Notes under the pieces: model-generated
Seen by the model: the letters and a program-made list of their open reading frames with translations, nothing else
What the model was told of the DNA's origin: nothing
Database searches by the model: none
In this document: positions 30,087 through 39,930 of the stretch, piece after piece
How the letters are laid out: each line of letters starts with the position of its first letter
How positions within the stretch are numbered: the first letter of the stretch is position 1
Source: Betaproteobacteria bacterium
GTDB taxonomy: Bacteria; Pseudomonadota; Gammaproteobacteria; Burkholderiales; Usitatibacteraceae
NCBI GenBank assembly: GCA_025362135.1
Contig: JANYHZ010000281.1
Coordinates: 6,389-70,388 of the forward strand
DNA length: 64,000 nt
Reading direction: 5' to 3'
Translations under genes and position numbers: made by a program

Positions 30087-30500
30087 TTATTTTTCGACTG
30101 GCAGGTTGGCCTGTTGCCACGCCCCAAAGCCGCCTTGCAGTTGATATACGTCAGCGAAACCGCGCTGCTTCAGGAGCCGCATCGCGGCACCCGCGCGAGC
30201 ATTCGTGCCGCAGGTCACAACGACGGGTTTGTCTTTGTATTTTGCGATTTCGTCGATACGCTTGTCGATCTCCGCTAGCGGGATATTTTTCGATTTCGGG
30301 ATGCGCCCGCCGCCGAATTCACCCGTCGCACGAATATCAAGAATGAGCGCATTGCCGGTGTTCATCAATCGCGTGGTTTCGAGCGTCCCGATTTCCCGGG
30401 AACTGCCGATCAACTTCGAAACCGACGGCCACAGCAACATGGCACCACTGGCGACGAACAGCAGAACCAGCATGATATTTTGTGAGAGGAACTCGGTCAT
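30087..30500 (-). CDS. Membrane-anchored rhodanese-domain protein
   Basis: It has an N-terminal TM helix (IMLVLLFVASGAMLLW) and the rhodanese active-site loop VVTCGTNARAG. I trimmed the start to ATG 30500. Confidence 0.85.
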   Translation of the reverse strand: MTEFLSQNIMLVLLFVASGAMLLWPSVSKLIGSSREIGTLETTRLMNTGNALILDIRATGEFGGGRIPKSKNIPLAEIDKRIDEIAKYKDKPVVVTCGTNARAGAAMRLLKQRGFADVYQLQGGFGAWQQANLPVEK

Positions 30501-30677
30501 AGGTCGGCAATGAGAAGGTGATTTGGACTGGTTATTCGGATGAAGACGCGACCGGGCGCGAAAACCTGATATTTTACCAACTTGCTGCGACAAAGTACTC
30601 AATTGCGTGGCAATTTCTTCCGCTTGTGTAAATGTAGACGATTGCAACAAAAGCAAGACCTTATTGAGGCAGCTCCA

Positions 30678-31427
30678 ATGAAAAAACTCGTATTGATGCG
30701 TCACGGCGAAAGTACCTGGAATCTGGAAAACAGGTTCACCGGCTGGAAAGATGTTGAATTGACCGAAAAAGGTGTCGAAGAAGCGCGCCAGGCGGGACGC
30801 CTGCTCCGGGCCGAGGGCGTCGATTTTGACCTCGCTTACACTTCACTCTTGACGCGAGCAATACGCACCTTATGGCTGACGCAGGAAGAAATGGAACTTC
30901 AGTGGGTGCCCGTCGTCAAACACTGGCGTTTGAACGAGCGACATTACGGTGCGTTGCAGGGCTTAAACAAAGCGGAGACGGCGGCAAAATTCGGCGACGA
31001 ACAGGTGTTGTTGTGGCGCCGAAGTTATGATGTTCCCCCGCCTGCGTTGGCGCGCGACGATGAACGCAATCCAGCGAAGGATCCGCGCTATTCGTCGTTG
31101 CTGCCTGAGGAGCTGCCACTTAGCGAGTGCCTCAAGGATACGGTGCTCCGCGTGGTGCCGTACTGGCAGATGGAAATTGCGCCACAGGTGCGTGCGGGCA
31201 AGAGGGTCATCATTGTCGCACACGGCAACAGCCTGCGCGCGCTTATCAAACATCTCGATCACGTGAGTGATGAAGCAATAGTCGGGCTCAATATTCCGAC
31301 GGCTGTGCCGCTGGTCTATGAATTGACCGATGACCTTAGGCCGATACGCAATTATTATCTGGGCGACCAGCGTGCGATCGCCCAGGCACAGGCTGCGGTT
31401 GCAAATCAGGGCAGGGCGAAGGCGTAG
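30678..31427 (+). CDS. gpmA: 2,3-bisphosphoglycerate-dependent phosphoglycerate mutase
   Basis: It starts [23 protein letters not shown], and later has ERHYGALQG and [10 protein letters not shown]. Confidence 0.95.
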   Translation: MKKLVLMRHGESTWNLENRFTGWKDVELTEKGVEEARQAGRLLRAEGVDFDLAYTSLLTRAIRTLWLTQEEMELQWVPVVKHWRLNERHYGALQGLNKAETAAKFGDEQVLLWRRSYDVPPPALARDDERNPAKDPRYSSLLPEELPLSECLKDTVLRVVPYWQMEIAPQVRAGKRVIIVAHGNSLRALIKHLDHVSDEAIVGLNIPTAVPLVYELTDDLRPIRNYYLGDQRAIAQAQAAVANQGRAKA

Positions 31428-31455
31428 GCCCATGGAATGGCCAGGCGGATAACCC

Positions 31456-32655
31456 GTGAGGCGAAATCGAAATTGGGCGTCGGCGTTACTGTTTGCGCTC
31501 TCCTGTGCCGTGAGCACTGCGGACCAAAAAACAGAACTCAATCAACTCCGGGGCCGAATCGAAAATCTACAGCGCGATCTTGCCAGGAGCGAGGAGTCAC
31601 AAAGCGAGGTCGCTGACGCGTTACGGACATCTGAAAAGGCCGTCAGTGAGGTCAATCGCGGCCTGCTCGCATTGGGTCGCGAACAGGGCCATATTTCACA
31701 AAGCCTGTCCGACCTCAAACGAAGGATCGATGCGGGACGCGCCGATGTCGCGCGGCAGCAAGGGTTGCTGGACCGGATAATCCGGTATCAATATATTTAT
31801 GGGAATACCGACGCGCTTCGACTGATGCTTAATGGTGAAGACGTTGCCGTTGTTGGGCGGCAGATGCATTACTTTGGTTATGTATCCAAAGCGCGGGTAA
31901 CCGCCATTGCCGGATTGACGGAAAGTCTGGCGGCGCTCGCGGTGCTGGAAAGCAATGCAAGCACTCAACAGCAAGAGTTGGCAGCGAACGCCGACGCGCA
32001 GAAAAAAGCGCGCGCTGCGCTGCAGATCGAACGGGCAGCACGGCAGAAAGTATTTTCCAGGATAAAGGCCGACATCACCCGGAATCGCCGCGAAATCGGT
32101 CGCCTCAAGCGGGACGAGGATCGACTCACAAAGTTGATCGATCAATTGGCGAAAACGCTGGCGAAAGATCGTGCGAGCCGCAAAGACCGCCGGGTCGAGC
32201 GCATCCAGCAAAAGGAACAGTCCGTAGAAACTGACGCGGACGATTCTTTCGTTGGGCGTGCCTTTCAGACCTTGCAGGGTAAACTGAAATTGCCCACGCG
32301 AGGGGAACTTAAGGGCCGCTTCGGTAGCCTGAGGGAGGATGGCGGAGTGACCTGGAAGGGCTTGTTCATTCGAGCCGAGGCGGGGCAGACCGTGAAAGCG
32401 GTCGCGGATGGTCGGGTGGTTTTCGCTGACTGGTTGCGAGGATTCGGAAACTTGCTCATTGTTGACCACGGCGGAGGCTACATGAGCCTCTACGGGAACA
32501 ACGAGACCCTGCTGAAGCAGGTCGGTGAAAGAGCGCAGAGCGGCGAAACAGTCGCGTCGGTCGGGTCAACGGGCGGTGCGCTGGAATCGGGTGTATATTT
32601 TGAATTACGTTACGAGGGTAAGCCGTTCGACCCGATGAAATGGGTGGCGCGCTGA
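31456..32655 (+). CDS. Murein hydrolase activator EnvC-like (coiled coil + M23 peptidase domain)
   Basis: It has a signal peptide, a long coiled-coil region, and a C-terminal LytM/M23 domain (LLIVDHGGGYMSLYGNN...GGALESGVYFELRYEGKPFDP). Confidence 0.85.
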   Translation: MRRNRNWASALLFALSCAVSTADQKTELNQLRGRIENLQRDLARSEESQSEVADALRTSEKAVSEVNRGLLALGREQGHISQSLSDLKRRIDAGRADVARQQGLLDRIIRYQYIYGNTDALRLMLNGEDVAVVGRQMHYFGYVSKARVTAIAGLTESLAALAVLESNASTQQQELAANADAQKKARAALQIERAARQKVFSRIKADITRNRREIGRLKRDEDRLTKLIDQLAKTLAKDRASRKDRRVERIQQKEQSVETDADDSFVGRAFQTLQGKLKLPTRGELKGRFGSLREDGGVTWKGLFIRAEAGQTVKAVADGRVVFADWLRGFGNLLIVDHGGGYMSLYGNNETLLKQVGERAQSGETVASVGSTGGALESGVYFELRYEGKPFDPMKWVAR

Positions 32656-32695
32656 ACAAGAATTTTGAGTTGAAGTCAATAATTATGAGGATGGC

Positions 32696-34348
32696 ATGGA
32701 CAACGCATCAAAGAACGTTCCCGGCAATACGCTGAGTCGCAAAATAAAAGCGGCTGGTTTGGTAGGGATCGGAGCCATCGCCGGGGTCATGTTGAGTCTT
32801 AATTTCTCCGCAGTCGCCGAGCGACAAAGCACGATGCTCAATCTGCCGATTGAAGAGGTGCGAATGCTCTCCGAGGTGTTTGGTCGCATCAAGAGTGACT
32901 ACGTGGAAGATGTGGACGACAAGCGCCTGATCAAAGAAGCGATCAACGGCATGTTGACGGGCCTGGATCCGCATTCGGCGTTCCTCGATGCGGATGCGTT
33001 CAAGGAAATGCAGACCACGACAACCGGCAAGTTTGGTGGCTTGGGCATCGAGGTTGGTGCCGAAGATGGATTTGTTCGCGTAATCTCACCGATTGACGAC
33101 ACGCCGGCCTTTCGGGCGGGTATCAAGGCAGGTGACTTCATCATTAAGGTAGATGAAACCAGCTTGCGGGGGATATCACTTACCGAAGCAGTCAAACGCA
33201 TGCGCGGTGAGGCTGGTACCGAAGCCAAACTCACGATTTTGCGTCGAGGCGAAGCGAAGGAATTGATATTCAGTGTCAAGCGCGCCATTATCGAAATTCA
33301 AAGTGTCCGGTCACGTTTGATCGAACCCGGTTATGCCGTTATCCGGCTGACGCAGTTTGAAGAAAATACTGGCGAAAAGATGACGCGCGCAATCATTGAT
33401 GCCTACAAGCAAAACGGCGGCGCACTGAAGGGATTGGTGCTCGATCTGCGTAACGATCCAGGTGGTCTGCTGAACGCGTCGGTTGCAGTGTCGGCCGCTT
33501 TCCTGCCGAAGGACGCGCTGGTTGTTTACACGGATGGCCGTGTTGAAGACGCCAAGATGCGTCTGCACGCCCGTAAGGAAAACTATCTGCGCAGCCCCAA
33601 TCGGGAAGATTATCTTGCCAAACTTCCACCTTCGATAAAGAACGTGCCGATGGTGGTGCTGGTCAACAACGGCACGGCGTCGGCTTCCGAAATCGTAGCG
33701 GGTGCGTTGCAGGATCACAAACGCGCGACGATCATGGGTTCACAAACCTTCGGCAAGGGTTCGGTTCAGACAATTCTGCCTTTGGGCAACAATAGCGCGA
33801 TCAAATTGACGACAGCGCGGTACTACACGCCGAATGGTCGTTCGATACAGGCCAAAGGAATCGCCCCCGACGTAAACGTGGATGACGGCTCGCAGCGGTT
33901 GGCAGTGCGCGAAGCTGATCTTGAACGGCATCTGGTTGGCGACGACGAAAAGAAAGCGGCAGACGCATTGAAGGCAAAACTCGAGTCCACGACCGAGGCG
34001 ACACTATTGCCACCGGAGAAAAATGGCAAGGATGGCAAGATAAAAGGTTCACCCACGAGTGGTTTGCCCGGCAAGGATGGAAAGACTGCGGTTGCTGGCG
34101 GCGCAAGCGTTGCGGTGCTCGATAGCAAGGCCGAAGAAAAGCAGGCGGACTACAAGCCTTTGAACGGCGTTGATGGGAAGCCAATTGATTTTGTTTTGCA
34201 ACAAGCGATGAACCAGTTAAAGGGTCTACCGGTTGCTGCCAATCCACGCGCGCTGGTGGCTAGTGCCAGCAGTACAATGGCGCTGCCCAAGCCAAAGCTG
34301 GACAAAGTCGACGGCCCTGCTGAGAAGGCCGAGACTGGCGCGCGGTAA
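32696..34348 (+). CDS. ctpA: Carboxy-terminal processing protease (S41 family)
   Basis: It has the PDZ motif FGGLGIEV, the catalytic-region motifs DLRNDPGGLL and NNGTASASEIVAGALQD, and a K/G/A-rich insertion near the C-terminus. Confidence 0.9.
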   Translation: MDNASKNVPGNTLSRKIKAAGLVGIGAIAGVMLSLNFSAVAERQSTMLNLPIEEVRMLSEVFGRIKSDYVEDVDDKRLIKEAINGMLTGLDPHSAFLDADAFKEMQTTTTGKFGGLGIEVGAEDGFVRVISPIDDTPAFRAGIKAGDFIIKVDETSLRGISLTEAVKRMRGEAGTEAKLTILRRGEAKELIFSVKRAIIEIQSVRSRLIEPGYAVIRLTQFEENTGEKMTRAIIDAYKQNGGALKGLVLDLRNDPGGLLNASVAVSAAFLPKDALVVYTDGRVEDAKMRLHARKENYLRSPNREDYLAKLPPSIKNVPMVVLVNNGTASASEIVAGALQDHKRATIMGSQTFGKGSVQTILPLGNNSAIKLTTARYYTPNGRSIQAKGIAPDVNVDDGSQRLAVREADLERHLVGDDEKKAADALKAKLESTTEATLLPPEKNGKDGKIKGSPTSGLPGKDGKTAVAGGASVAVLDSKAEEKQADYKPLNGVDGKPIDFVLQQAMNQLKGLPVAANPRALVASASSTMALPKPKLDKVDGPAEKAETGAR

Positions 34349-34426
34349 AGGCGTACTGCGGCCAGGGTATGCGTTAGGACCGCGCAGCAGACCTCTGGTC
34401 GGGTAAGTTCGGTGCCAGAAACCACA

Positions 34427-35218
34427 ATGGATGATGATGCACTGCTTCGCTATAGCAGACATATCCTGCTCAACGAGTTTGGACTCGAAGCCCAGCAGAG
34501 GCTTGGCCAGTCGCATGCGTTGGTAGTGGGCGCGGGTGGACTCGGCTCGGCGGCGTTGATGTATCTCGCTTCGGCGGGTGTCGGGCGCATCTCCATTGCA
34601 GATGGTGACAAAGTCGACCTTACGAATTTGCAGCGCCAGATTGTCCATCGCGAGGATACGCTCGGAATGAACAAGGCTTTGTCTGCGGAGCGCCAGTTAC
34701 GGACAATCAATTCGACCATCCGTATCGATGCGATCCAGGAGAGACTGCACGGAAAGACACTCGGTGACGCAGTCCGAAGTACGGATGTCGTCTTGGACTG
34801 CTCCGATAACTTCACGACCCGTCATGCGATTAATCGCGCATGCGTTCACCACAAGAAACCGCTCGTTTCGGGTGCCGGCGTGCGCTTCGATGGACAGATC
34901 ACAAGTTTCGATTTGCGACGTGCAGATAGTCCTTGCTACCACTGTCTGTTTCCTGATGATGCCGATGCCGAGGAAGAAAGATGTGCAGTCATGGGTGTTT
35001 TCGCGCCGCTCGTCGGTGTTATCGGCACGATGCAGGCGGCGGAGGCAATTCGATTATTGGCCGGCATCGGAGAACCGCTTACCGGGCGCATGTTGATGCT
35101 TGATGCGCGATCAATGAATTGGCAGACAGTCAAGTTTCGTCGGGATGCGCATTGTGCGGTCTGCGCCCCGCTCGCAGGGACAGCGGTTACGGAGAAGAAA
35201 TATGAAACGACTATTTGA
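34427..35218 (+). CDS. moeB: ThiF/MoeB-family adenylyltransferase (molybdopterin-synthase adenylyltransferase-like)
   Basis: It has LLRYSRHILL, the nucleotide loop VGAGGLGSAA, and CxxC pairs (CYHC and CAVC). Confidence 0.85.
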   Translation: MDDDALLRYSRHILLNEFGLEAQQRLGQSHALVVGAGGLGSAALMYLASAGVGRISIADGDKVDLTNLQRQIVHREDTLGMNKALSAERQLRTINSTIRIDAIQERLHGKTLGDAVRSTDVVLDCSDNFTTRHAINRACVHHKKPLVSGAGVRFDGQITSFDLRRADSPCYHCLFPDDADAEEERCAVMGVFAPLVGVIGTMQAAEAIRLLAGIGEPLTGRMLMLDARSMNWQTVKFRRDAHCAVCAPLAGTAVTEKKYETTI

Positions 35219-35741
35219 ATTTTTTTTGCGGCAGGCTTTGGTTGCGTGCATTGCTTTTTTCGCACTCTTCGCGAATGCGCAGGAACTCTGGAAATACACG
35301 GACAAGAACGGCCGAGTGACCTACTCGGACAAAGCGCCGATTGGCGGTGAGAAAGCGGAGCGCGTTAGTGCGGACACGACGGGAACGGTGATCCCCGCAG
35401 CCAAGAATTTGTTGGACGGCGCTACGCAAAGCAGCGCGAGCGTGAACGCCCGGGCATCGGCTCGCGAAGGCGTGCGGGAGCGTTATCGCAAGAATGTGGA
35501 TACGGCCCGGGAAGAATTGGAGCTGGCAAGAAAAGCACTGCAGGCGGGGCAGGAGCCTACACAGGAAGAACGCTTGATCGTTGTCGGTCGTGGCAAGGAC
35601 GGACAACCCACGGGTACCAACGCGGTGAATCGCAAGCCAGAATACTTTGACCGTATCGCCGGTTTGGAAGCGGCAGTGAAGACGGCTGAGGAGAAAGTGG
35701 CAAACGCGGAAAAAGACTTTCGCCAAAACGCGCCAAAATAA
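35202..35741 (+). CDS. DUF4124-domain secreted protein
   Basis: A signal peptide is followed by ELWKYTDKNGRVTYSDKAP, the DUF4124 signature. The gene overlaps the moeB 3' end by 17 nt. Confidence 0.65.
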   Translation: MKRLFEFFLRQALVACIAFFALFANAQELWKYTDKNGRVTYSDKAPIGGEKAERVSADTTGTVIPAAKNLLDGATQSSASVNARASAREGVRERYRKNVDTAREELELARKALQAGQEPTQEERLIVVGRGKDGQPTGTNAVNRKPEYFDRIAGLEAAVKTAEEKVANAEKDFRQNAPK

Positions 35742-35755
35742 CAACGGTTGCGGCG

Positions 35756-36793
35756 TTAGCCTACCGATATTTCCTCAAGCGCCCATCGCGGCTTGATGTT
35801 AAACGAGATGTCCGAATTCTCAAGTAGGGCAGGATCTTCGGCAAGCCGCATCGCAGCCGCAAAAGCGATCATGGCGCCATTATCGGTGCAGAGCTCCATC
35901 GGTGGGTAGAAGACTGCAACACCGCGCCTCCGTACTGCTCGAGTGAGTTTTTCCCTCAGTGATTTGTTGGCACCGACTCCGCCTGAAACCACCAGGCGGG
36001 TCAAGCCGGTTGATTTGAGTGCTGCGAGCGATTTTGTGACTAGCACATCAACGACCGCTGCCTGAAACTCCGCCGCGACATCAGCGCGGGACTGCACATC
36101 GAAAGTGCTGTTGGCCTCCGCCTTTCGGATGAGCGTCATCGCGGCAGTCTTCAAGCCGCTAAAACTGAAATCCAGATCTCCGCTCGCAACCATCGGTCGG
36201 GGCAATTTGAAGCGCCCAGGATTCCCCGTCTCCGCAAGCTTGCTCAACGCCGGGCCACCGGGGTAACTCAGCCCTAGCAACGATGCGGTCTTGTCGAACG
36301 CTTCCCCAGCCGCGTCATCGACCGTTTCGCCCAAAAGTTGGTATTGGCCGAGTCGTTCGACTGCCATTAATTGTGTGTGGCCCCCGGACACAAGTAACGC
36401 GACAAACGGAAAATCCGGTCGCGGCCGGGAGAGTAGCGGGGAGAGCAAATGTCCCTCCAGGTGATGTACGCCGATAACAGGCTTGCCGAGCGCAGCACCC
36501 AAACCGGCGGCGACACTGCTTCCGACCAGAAGCGCCCCCCCCAAGCCCGGGCCGTGGGTAACAGCAATAGCATCAATTTCGCAAAGTGAACGCCCACCTT
36601 CCTTAAAGACGCTCTCTATCAAGGGAACAAGACGACGAATGTGGTCCCGTGATGCCAGTTCCGGGACGACACCACCGTATGCGGCGTGCATCTGAACCTG
36701 AGAATGTAGGCGGTGCGTGAGCCGCCCGGTCGCGCTGTCGTAAAGCGCTACGCCGGTTTCGTCACAAGAGGATTCAATACCAAGGATCAGCAA
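35756..36793 (-). CDS. tsaD: tRNA N6-adenosine threonylcarbamoyltransferase
   Basis: It has [16 protein letters not shown] and [11 protein letters not shown], and is divergent from rpsU. TTG 36793 gives the canonical N-terminus; the track start is another TTG at 36826. Confidence 0.92.
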   Translation of the reverse strand: MLILGIESSCDETGVALYDSATGRLTHRLHSQVQMHAAYGGVVPELASRDHIRRLVPLIESVFKEGGRSLCEIDAIAVTHGPGLGGALLVGSSVAAGLGAALGKPVIGVHHLEGHLLSPLLSRPRPDFPFVALLVSGGHTQLMAVERLGQYQLLGETVDDAAGEAFDKTASLLGLSYPGGPALSKLAETGNPGRFKLPRPMVASGDLDFSFSGLKTAAMTLIRKAEANSTFDVQSRADVAAEFQAAVVDVLVTKSLAALKSTGLTRLVVSGGVGANKSLREKLTRAVRRRGVAVFYPPMELCTDNGAMIAFAAAMRLAEDPALLENSDISFNIKPRWALEEISVG

Positions 36794-36970
36794 GCAAGAA
36801 CGATCAAGGAGGGAATAGCTTGGCAAAATTGCCGTAAGTCGTTATTATATTGGGCTTTCTGCCGTAACCATTGGTAAAAAGAAAGCAGTTAGCAGTACAA
36901 CTTCAGACCCTCAATCTACCGTCAGGTCAGATTGGTTGGGCATAACTAGAAAGCCAGAAAGGTATTTTGA

Positions 36971-37180
36971 ATGTTAGTCCGATTGAAAGAGAACGAACCG
37001 TTTGACGTCGCCCTGCGCCGCTTCAAACGCGCAATTGAAAAGACTGGTTTGCTTACCGAGCTTCGTGCTCGTGAGTTTTATGAGAAACCTACCGCTGAGC
37101 GCAAACGCAAACACGCGGCTGCCGTCAAGCGCCGCTTCAAGCGTCTGCGCAGCCAGATGTTGCCGCCTAAGCTTTACTAA
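36971..37180 (+). CDS. rpsU: 30S ribosomal protein S21
   Basis: It has [45 protein letters not shown]. Confidence 0.95.
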   Translation: MLVRLKENEPFDVALRRFKRAIEKTGLLTELRAREFYEKPTAERKRKHAAAVKRRFKRLRSQMLPPKLY

Positions 37181-37206
37181 ATATCAAGAAGGTTAGAACT
37201 TATTGA

Positions 37207-37236
37207 GGCAGGTGACACGCGTCGCCTGCCTTTTTT
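37207..37236 (+). terminator. Rho-independent terminator/attenuator after rpsU
   Basis: GGCAGGTGAC-ACGC-GTCGCCTGCC forms a 10-bp stem with one G-U pair, followed by TTTTTT. Confidence 0.7.
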
Positions 37237-37253
37237 ATTTCTGGAGAAGCGAA

Positions 37254-37697
37254 ATGACGTTACGTGAAAAAATCAACGAGGACATGAAAGCAGCGATGAA
37301 AGCACGCGAGACCGAAAAGCTAGGCGCGATTCGACTCTTGCAGGCGGCGCTGAAGCAAAAAGAGGTCGATGAACGTATCGAGCTTACGGATGACATCGTA
37401 TTGGCCATCATTGAAAAAATGCTCAAGCAGCGCAAAGACTCGATCGAACAATTTACGGCAGGCAATCGCCTCGACCTGGTGGCAAAAGAAAAATTCGAAG
37501 TCGGGGTGTTGTCAGTATATTTGCCACAACAATTGTCCGAAGCCGAGGTGCTGGCGATTCTTGATAGCGTTATTCGTGAGACTGGTGCCACCTCTGCAAA
37601 GGATATGGGTAAAGTGATGAACGCGCTGCGTCCCAAAGTTGCCGGTCGTGCGGATATGGGCGAGTTGTCCGGGATGGTGAAATCGCGACTTGCCTGA
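37254..37697 (+). CDS. GatB/YqeY-domain protein
   Basis: It has MTLREKINEDMKAAMKARE...AIRLL and a C-terminal GKVMNALRPKVAGRADMG. GGAGAAG precedes the ATG. Confidence 0.85.
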   Translation: MTLREKINEDMKAAMKARETEKLGAIRLLQAALKQKEVDERIELTDDIVLAIIEKMLKQRKDSIEQFTAGNRLDLVAKEKFEVGVLSVYLPQQLSEAEVLAILDSVIRETGATSAKDMGKVMNALRPKVAGRADMGELSGMVKSRLA

Positions 37698-37769
37698 AAG
37701 GCACAACCGTTACGGCGCAAACGCTGGCCCGCCCGCCGGGCCTTGATTTATCAGCGTCTATAATTGTTC

Positions 37770-39581
37770 ATGATTCCGCAAGATTTCATTCAGCAACTGC
37801 TCGCGCGTGTCGACATCGTCGACATCGTCGACAAACACGTGAAGCTGAAAAAATCCGGTCAAAATTACTCGGCGTGTTGCCCGTTTCACAACGAAAAATC
37901 TCCGTCATTTTCAGTCTCGCCGACGAAGCAGTTCTATCACTGTTTCGGCTGCGGTGTACACGGCACGGCCATTTCGTTTTTGATGGAATATAACGGCATG
38001 GGCTTTCGCGATGCGGTGAAAGAACTTGCCGACGGCGTTGGCATGACGCTGCCAGTCGAAGCCAATCGCGAGGAGGCCGTTGAGCGCGCACATGAGGCCG
38101 CATCATTGGGTGAATTCCTGACTGCGGCGATGAATTTCTATCGACGAGAACTTAAAAAAACACCGAAGGCCATTGACTACTTCAAGAATCGCGGTCTTAC
38201 AGGCGAGATCGCCGCCAAATTTGCACTGGGCTATGCGCCCGATGACTGGCAAGGATTGAAAGCGGCTGTCGACGATTACACCGCATCTGCACTGGTAGAG
38301 TGTGGTCTGGTGATCGACAACGACGAAGGCAAACGTTACGACCGCTTCAGGGATCGCGTCATGTTTCCCATCCTCGACCAGCGCGGCAACGTGATTGGTT
38401 TTGGTGGCCGTGTGATTGGTCCGGGCGAACCAAAATACCTGAATTCGCCAGAAACGCCCTTGTTTGAAAAAGGCCGCGAACTCTACGGACTTTTCCATGC
38501 GCGACGCGCAATTCGCGATACGCAGACGGCTATTGTCGTTGAGGGCTACATGGATGTTGTTGCCCTCGCACAAAATGGGGTCGAGAACGCGGTGGCGACA
38601 CTCGGTACCGCAACCACACCCATGCATGTGCAGAAATTGTTGCGCATGGCCGATAACCTCGTATTTTGCTTTGATGGTGATAAAGCCGGTCAACGTGCCG
38701 CATGGCGGGCTCTCGAGCAAACCCTGCCCGTGGTGATTGATGGCAAAGACGTGCGCTTCCTGTTTCTGCCGCAGGAAGACGACCCTGATACCTTCGTTCG
38801 CCGACTCGGCAAGGAGGCATTTCTTGCGGAAGTTAAAAACGCCAAGCATTTGTCTGCTTTCCTTTTTGATGAGCTAGCCGCACAAGTTGATCTGGCCAAC
38901 GAAGAGGGTCGCACGCGATTATTGATGTTGGCCAAACCGTTGCTGTCCCAAATCACAGCGCCCGCGCTGAGTCTCATGCTGCAGCGAAAACTTGCCGACA
39001 TTGTTGGCTTGGGTGTGGTCGAGATTCAACGGTTAATTCCTGTTGCTGCCGGGAACAATTCGTCACCTGATAGCCGAACCGCGCCCCAATATACGCGCGG
39101 CAGTGACAATGCTCCGCAAAACAAGAATGGCAACAAAGGCGGTTTCGGGAAATGGAAAGCGCGCGGTCCGGAGCCCGGCGCACCGGTGCCGCGACGCAAA
39201 ACCGCGCCCGCTGGTTCAGCCGCTCAATTGATTGCGCGAATGCTGCTAAAACCGGCACTTGCCGGACGCTTCGACGTCACAGTCGATGAACATGACGACA
39301 CGTCGGTCGGCAGTGCATGCCGCGTAGCCGCGTACATCCGTGATCACGATTTCGAAGTGACCCAAGCGCAACTGATTGAACATTTTCGAGGGTCTGAGGA
39401 CGAAGCTGAAATAAGCCGTGCGGCGTTGCAGCCCTTGCTGACCGACATGGATACCAACAAGCCTGACTTCGACCTCGACGCGGAATTTGATGGGGCACTA
39501 GCCAAACTGAGAGATGACGCGATCGCGGAACGAAAGAAGCGCGAGCAACAGAAGCGCGCGCAGGAAATGGGCCTGGGGTAG
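37770..39581 (+). CDS. dnaG: DNA primase
   Basis: It has the zinc ribbon CCPFHNEKSPSFSV...YHCFGCGVHG and the TOPRIM motifs VVEGYMDV and CFDGDKAG. Confidence 0.95.
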   Translation: MIPQDFIQQLLARVDIVDIVDKHVKLKKSGQNYSACCPFHNEKSPSFSVSPTKQFYHCFGCGVHGTAISFLMEYNGMGFRDAVKELADGVGMTLPVEANREEAVERAHEAASLGEFLTAAMNFYRRELKKTPKAIDYFKNRGLTGEIAAKFALGYAPDDWQGLKAAVDDYTASALVECGLVIDNDEGKRYDRFRDRVMFPILDQRGNVIGFGGRVIGPGEPKYLNSPETPLFEKGRELYGLFHARRAIRDTQTAIVVEGYMDVVALAQNGVENAVATLGTATTPMHVQKLLRMADNLVFCFDGDKAGQRAAWRALEQTLPVVIDGKDVRFLFLPQEDDPDTFVRRLGKEAFLAEVKNAKHLSAFLFDELAAQVDLANEEGRTRLLMLAKPLLSQITAPALSLMLQRKLADIVGLGVVEIQRLIPVAAGNNSSPDSRTAPQYTRGSDNAPQNKNGNKGGFGKWKARGPEPGAPVPRRKTAPAGSAAQLIARMLLKPALAGRFDVTVDEHDDTSVGSACRVAAYIRDHDFEVTQAQLIEHFRGSEDEAEISRAALQPLLTDMDTNKPDFDLDAEFDGALAKLRDDAIAERKKREQQKRAQEMGLG

Positions 39582-39930
39582 AGCAAGCATTGGTGCGGTT
39601 CTCAGGTCAAAAATGCCTGGAAAAGTGCGCCAAATGGCGGTCTCCGTGGGTTAATCTGGCAAGGCCGAAAAGGCGACCGACTTGCTGCCTTTGCGCGACT
39701 CCGCTTGGATAAACGCTTTCAGGACGCATATTAGTTGGTGCCGCGCGACATGCGTTAGGAAATAAGCTTCCTGACACGGTAGATCCGGGCGACGCAACAC
39801 CGTTTTGCCTTCAAAAAGCTATCAAAAACAGACAGCTTTCGATATAATTGAGGGTTCCCCTGCCTTACTCCCGCTGTACTCCCTATTGACTCCCGTAGCG
39901 CATGTCGGCTGCGGCACCGGAAGCTTTGAT

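Noticed and set aside
39843-39848. A perfect TATAAT hexamer about 83 nt upstream of rpoD as a promoter -10 element
   Set aside because: At 17-nt spacing the matching -35 is only TATCAA, and there is no extended -10 TG. It is plausible but too weak to annotate without transcript mapping.
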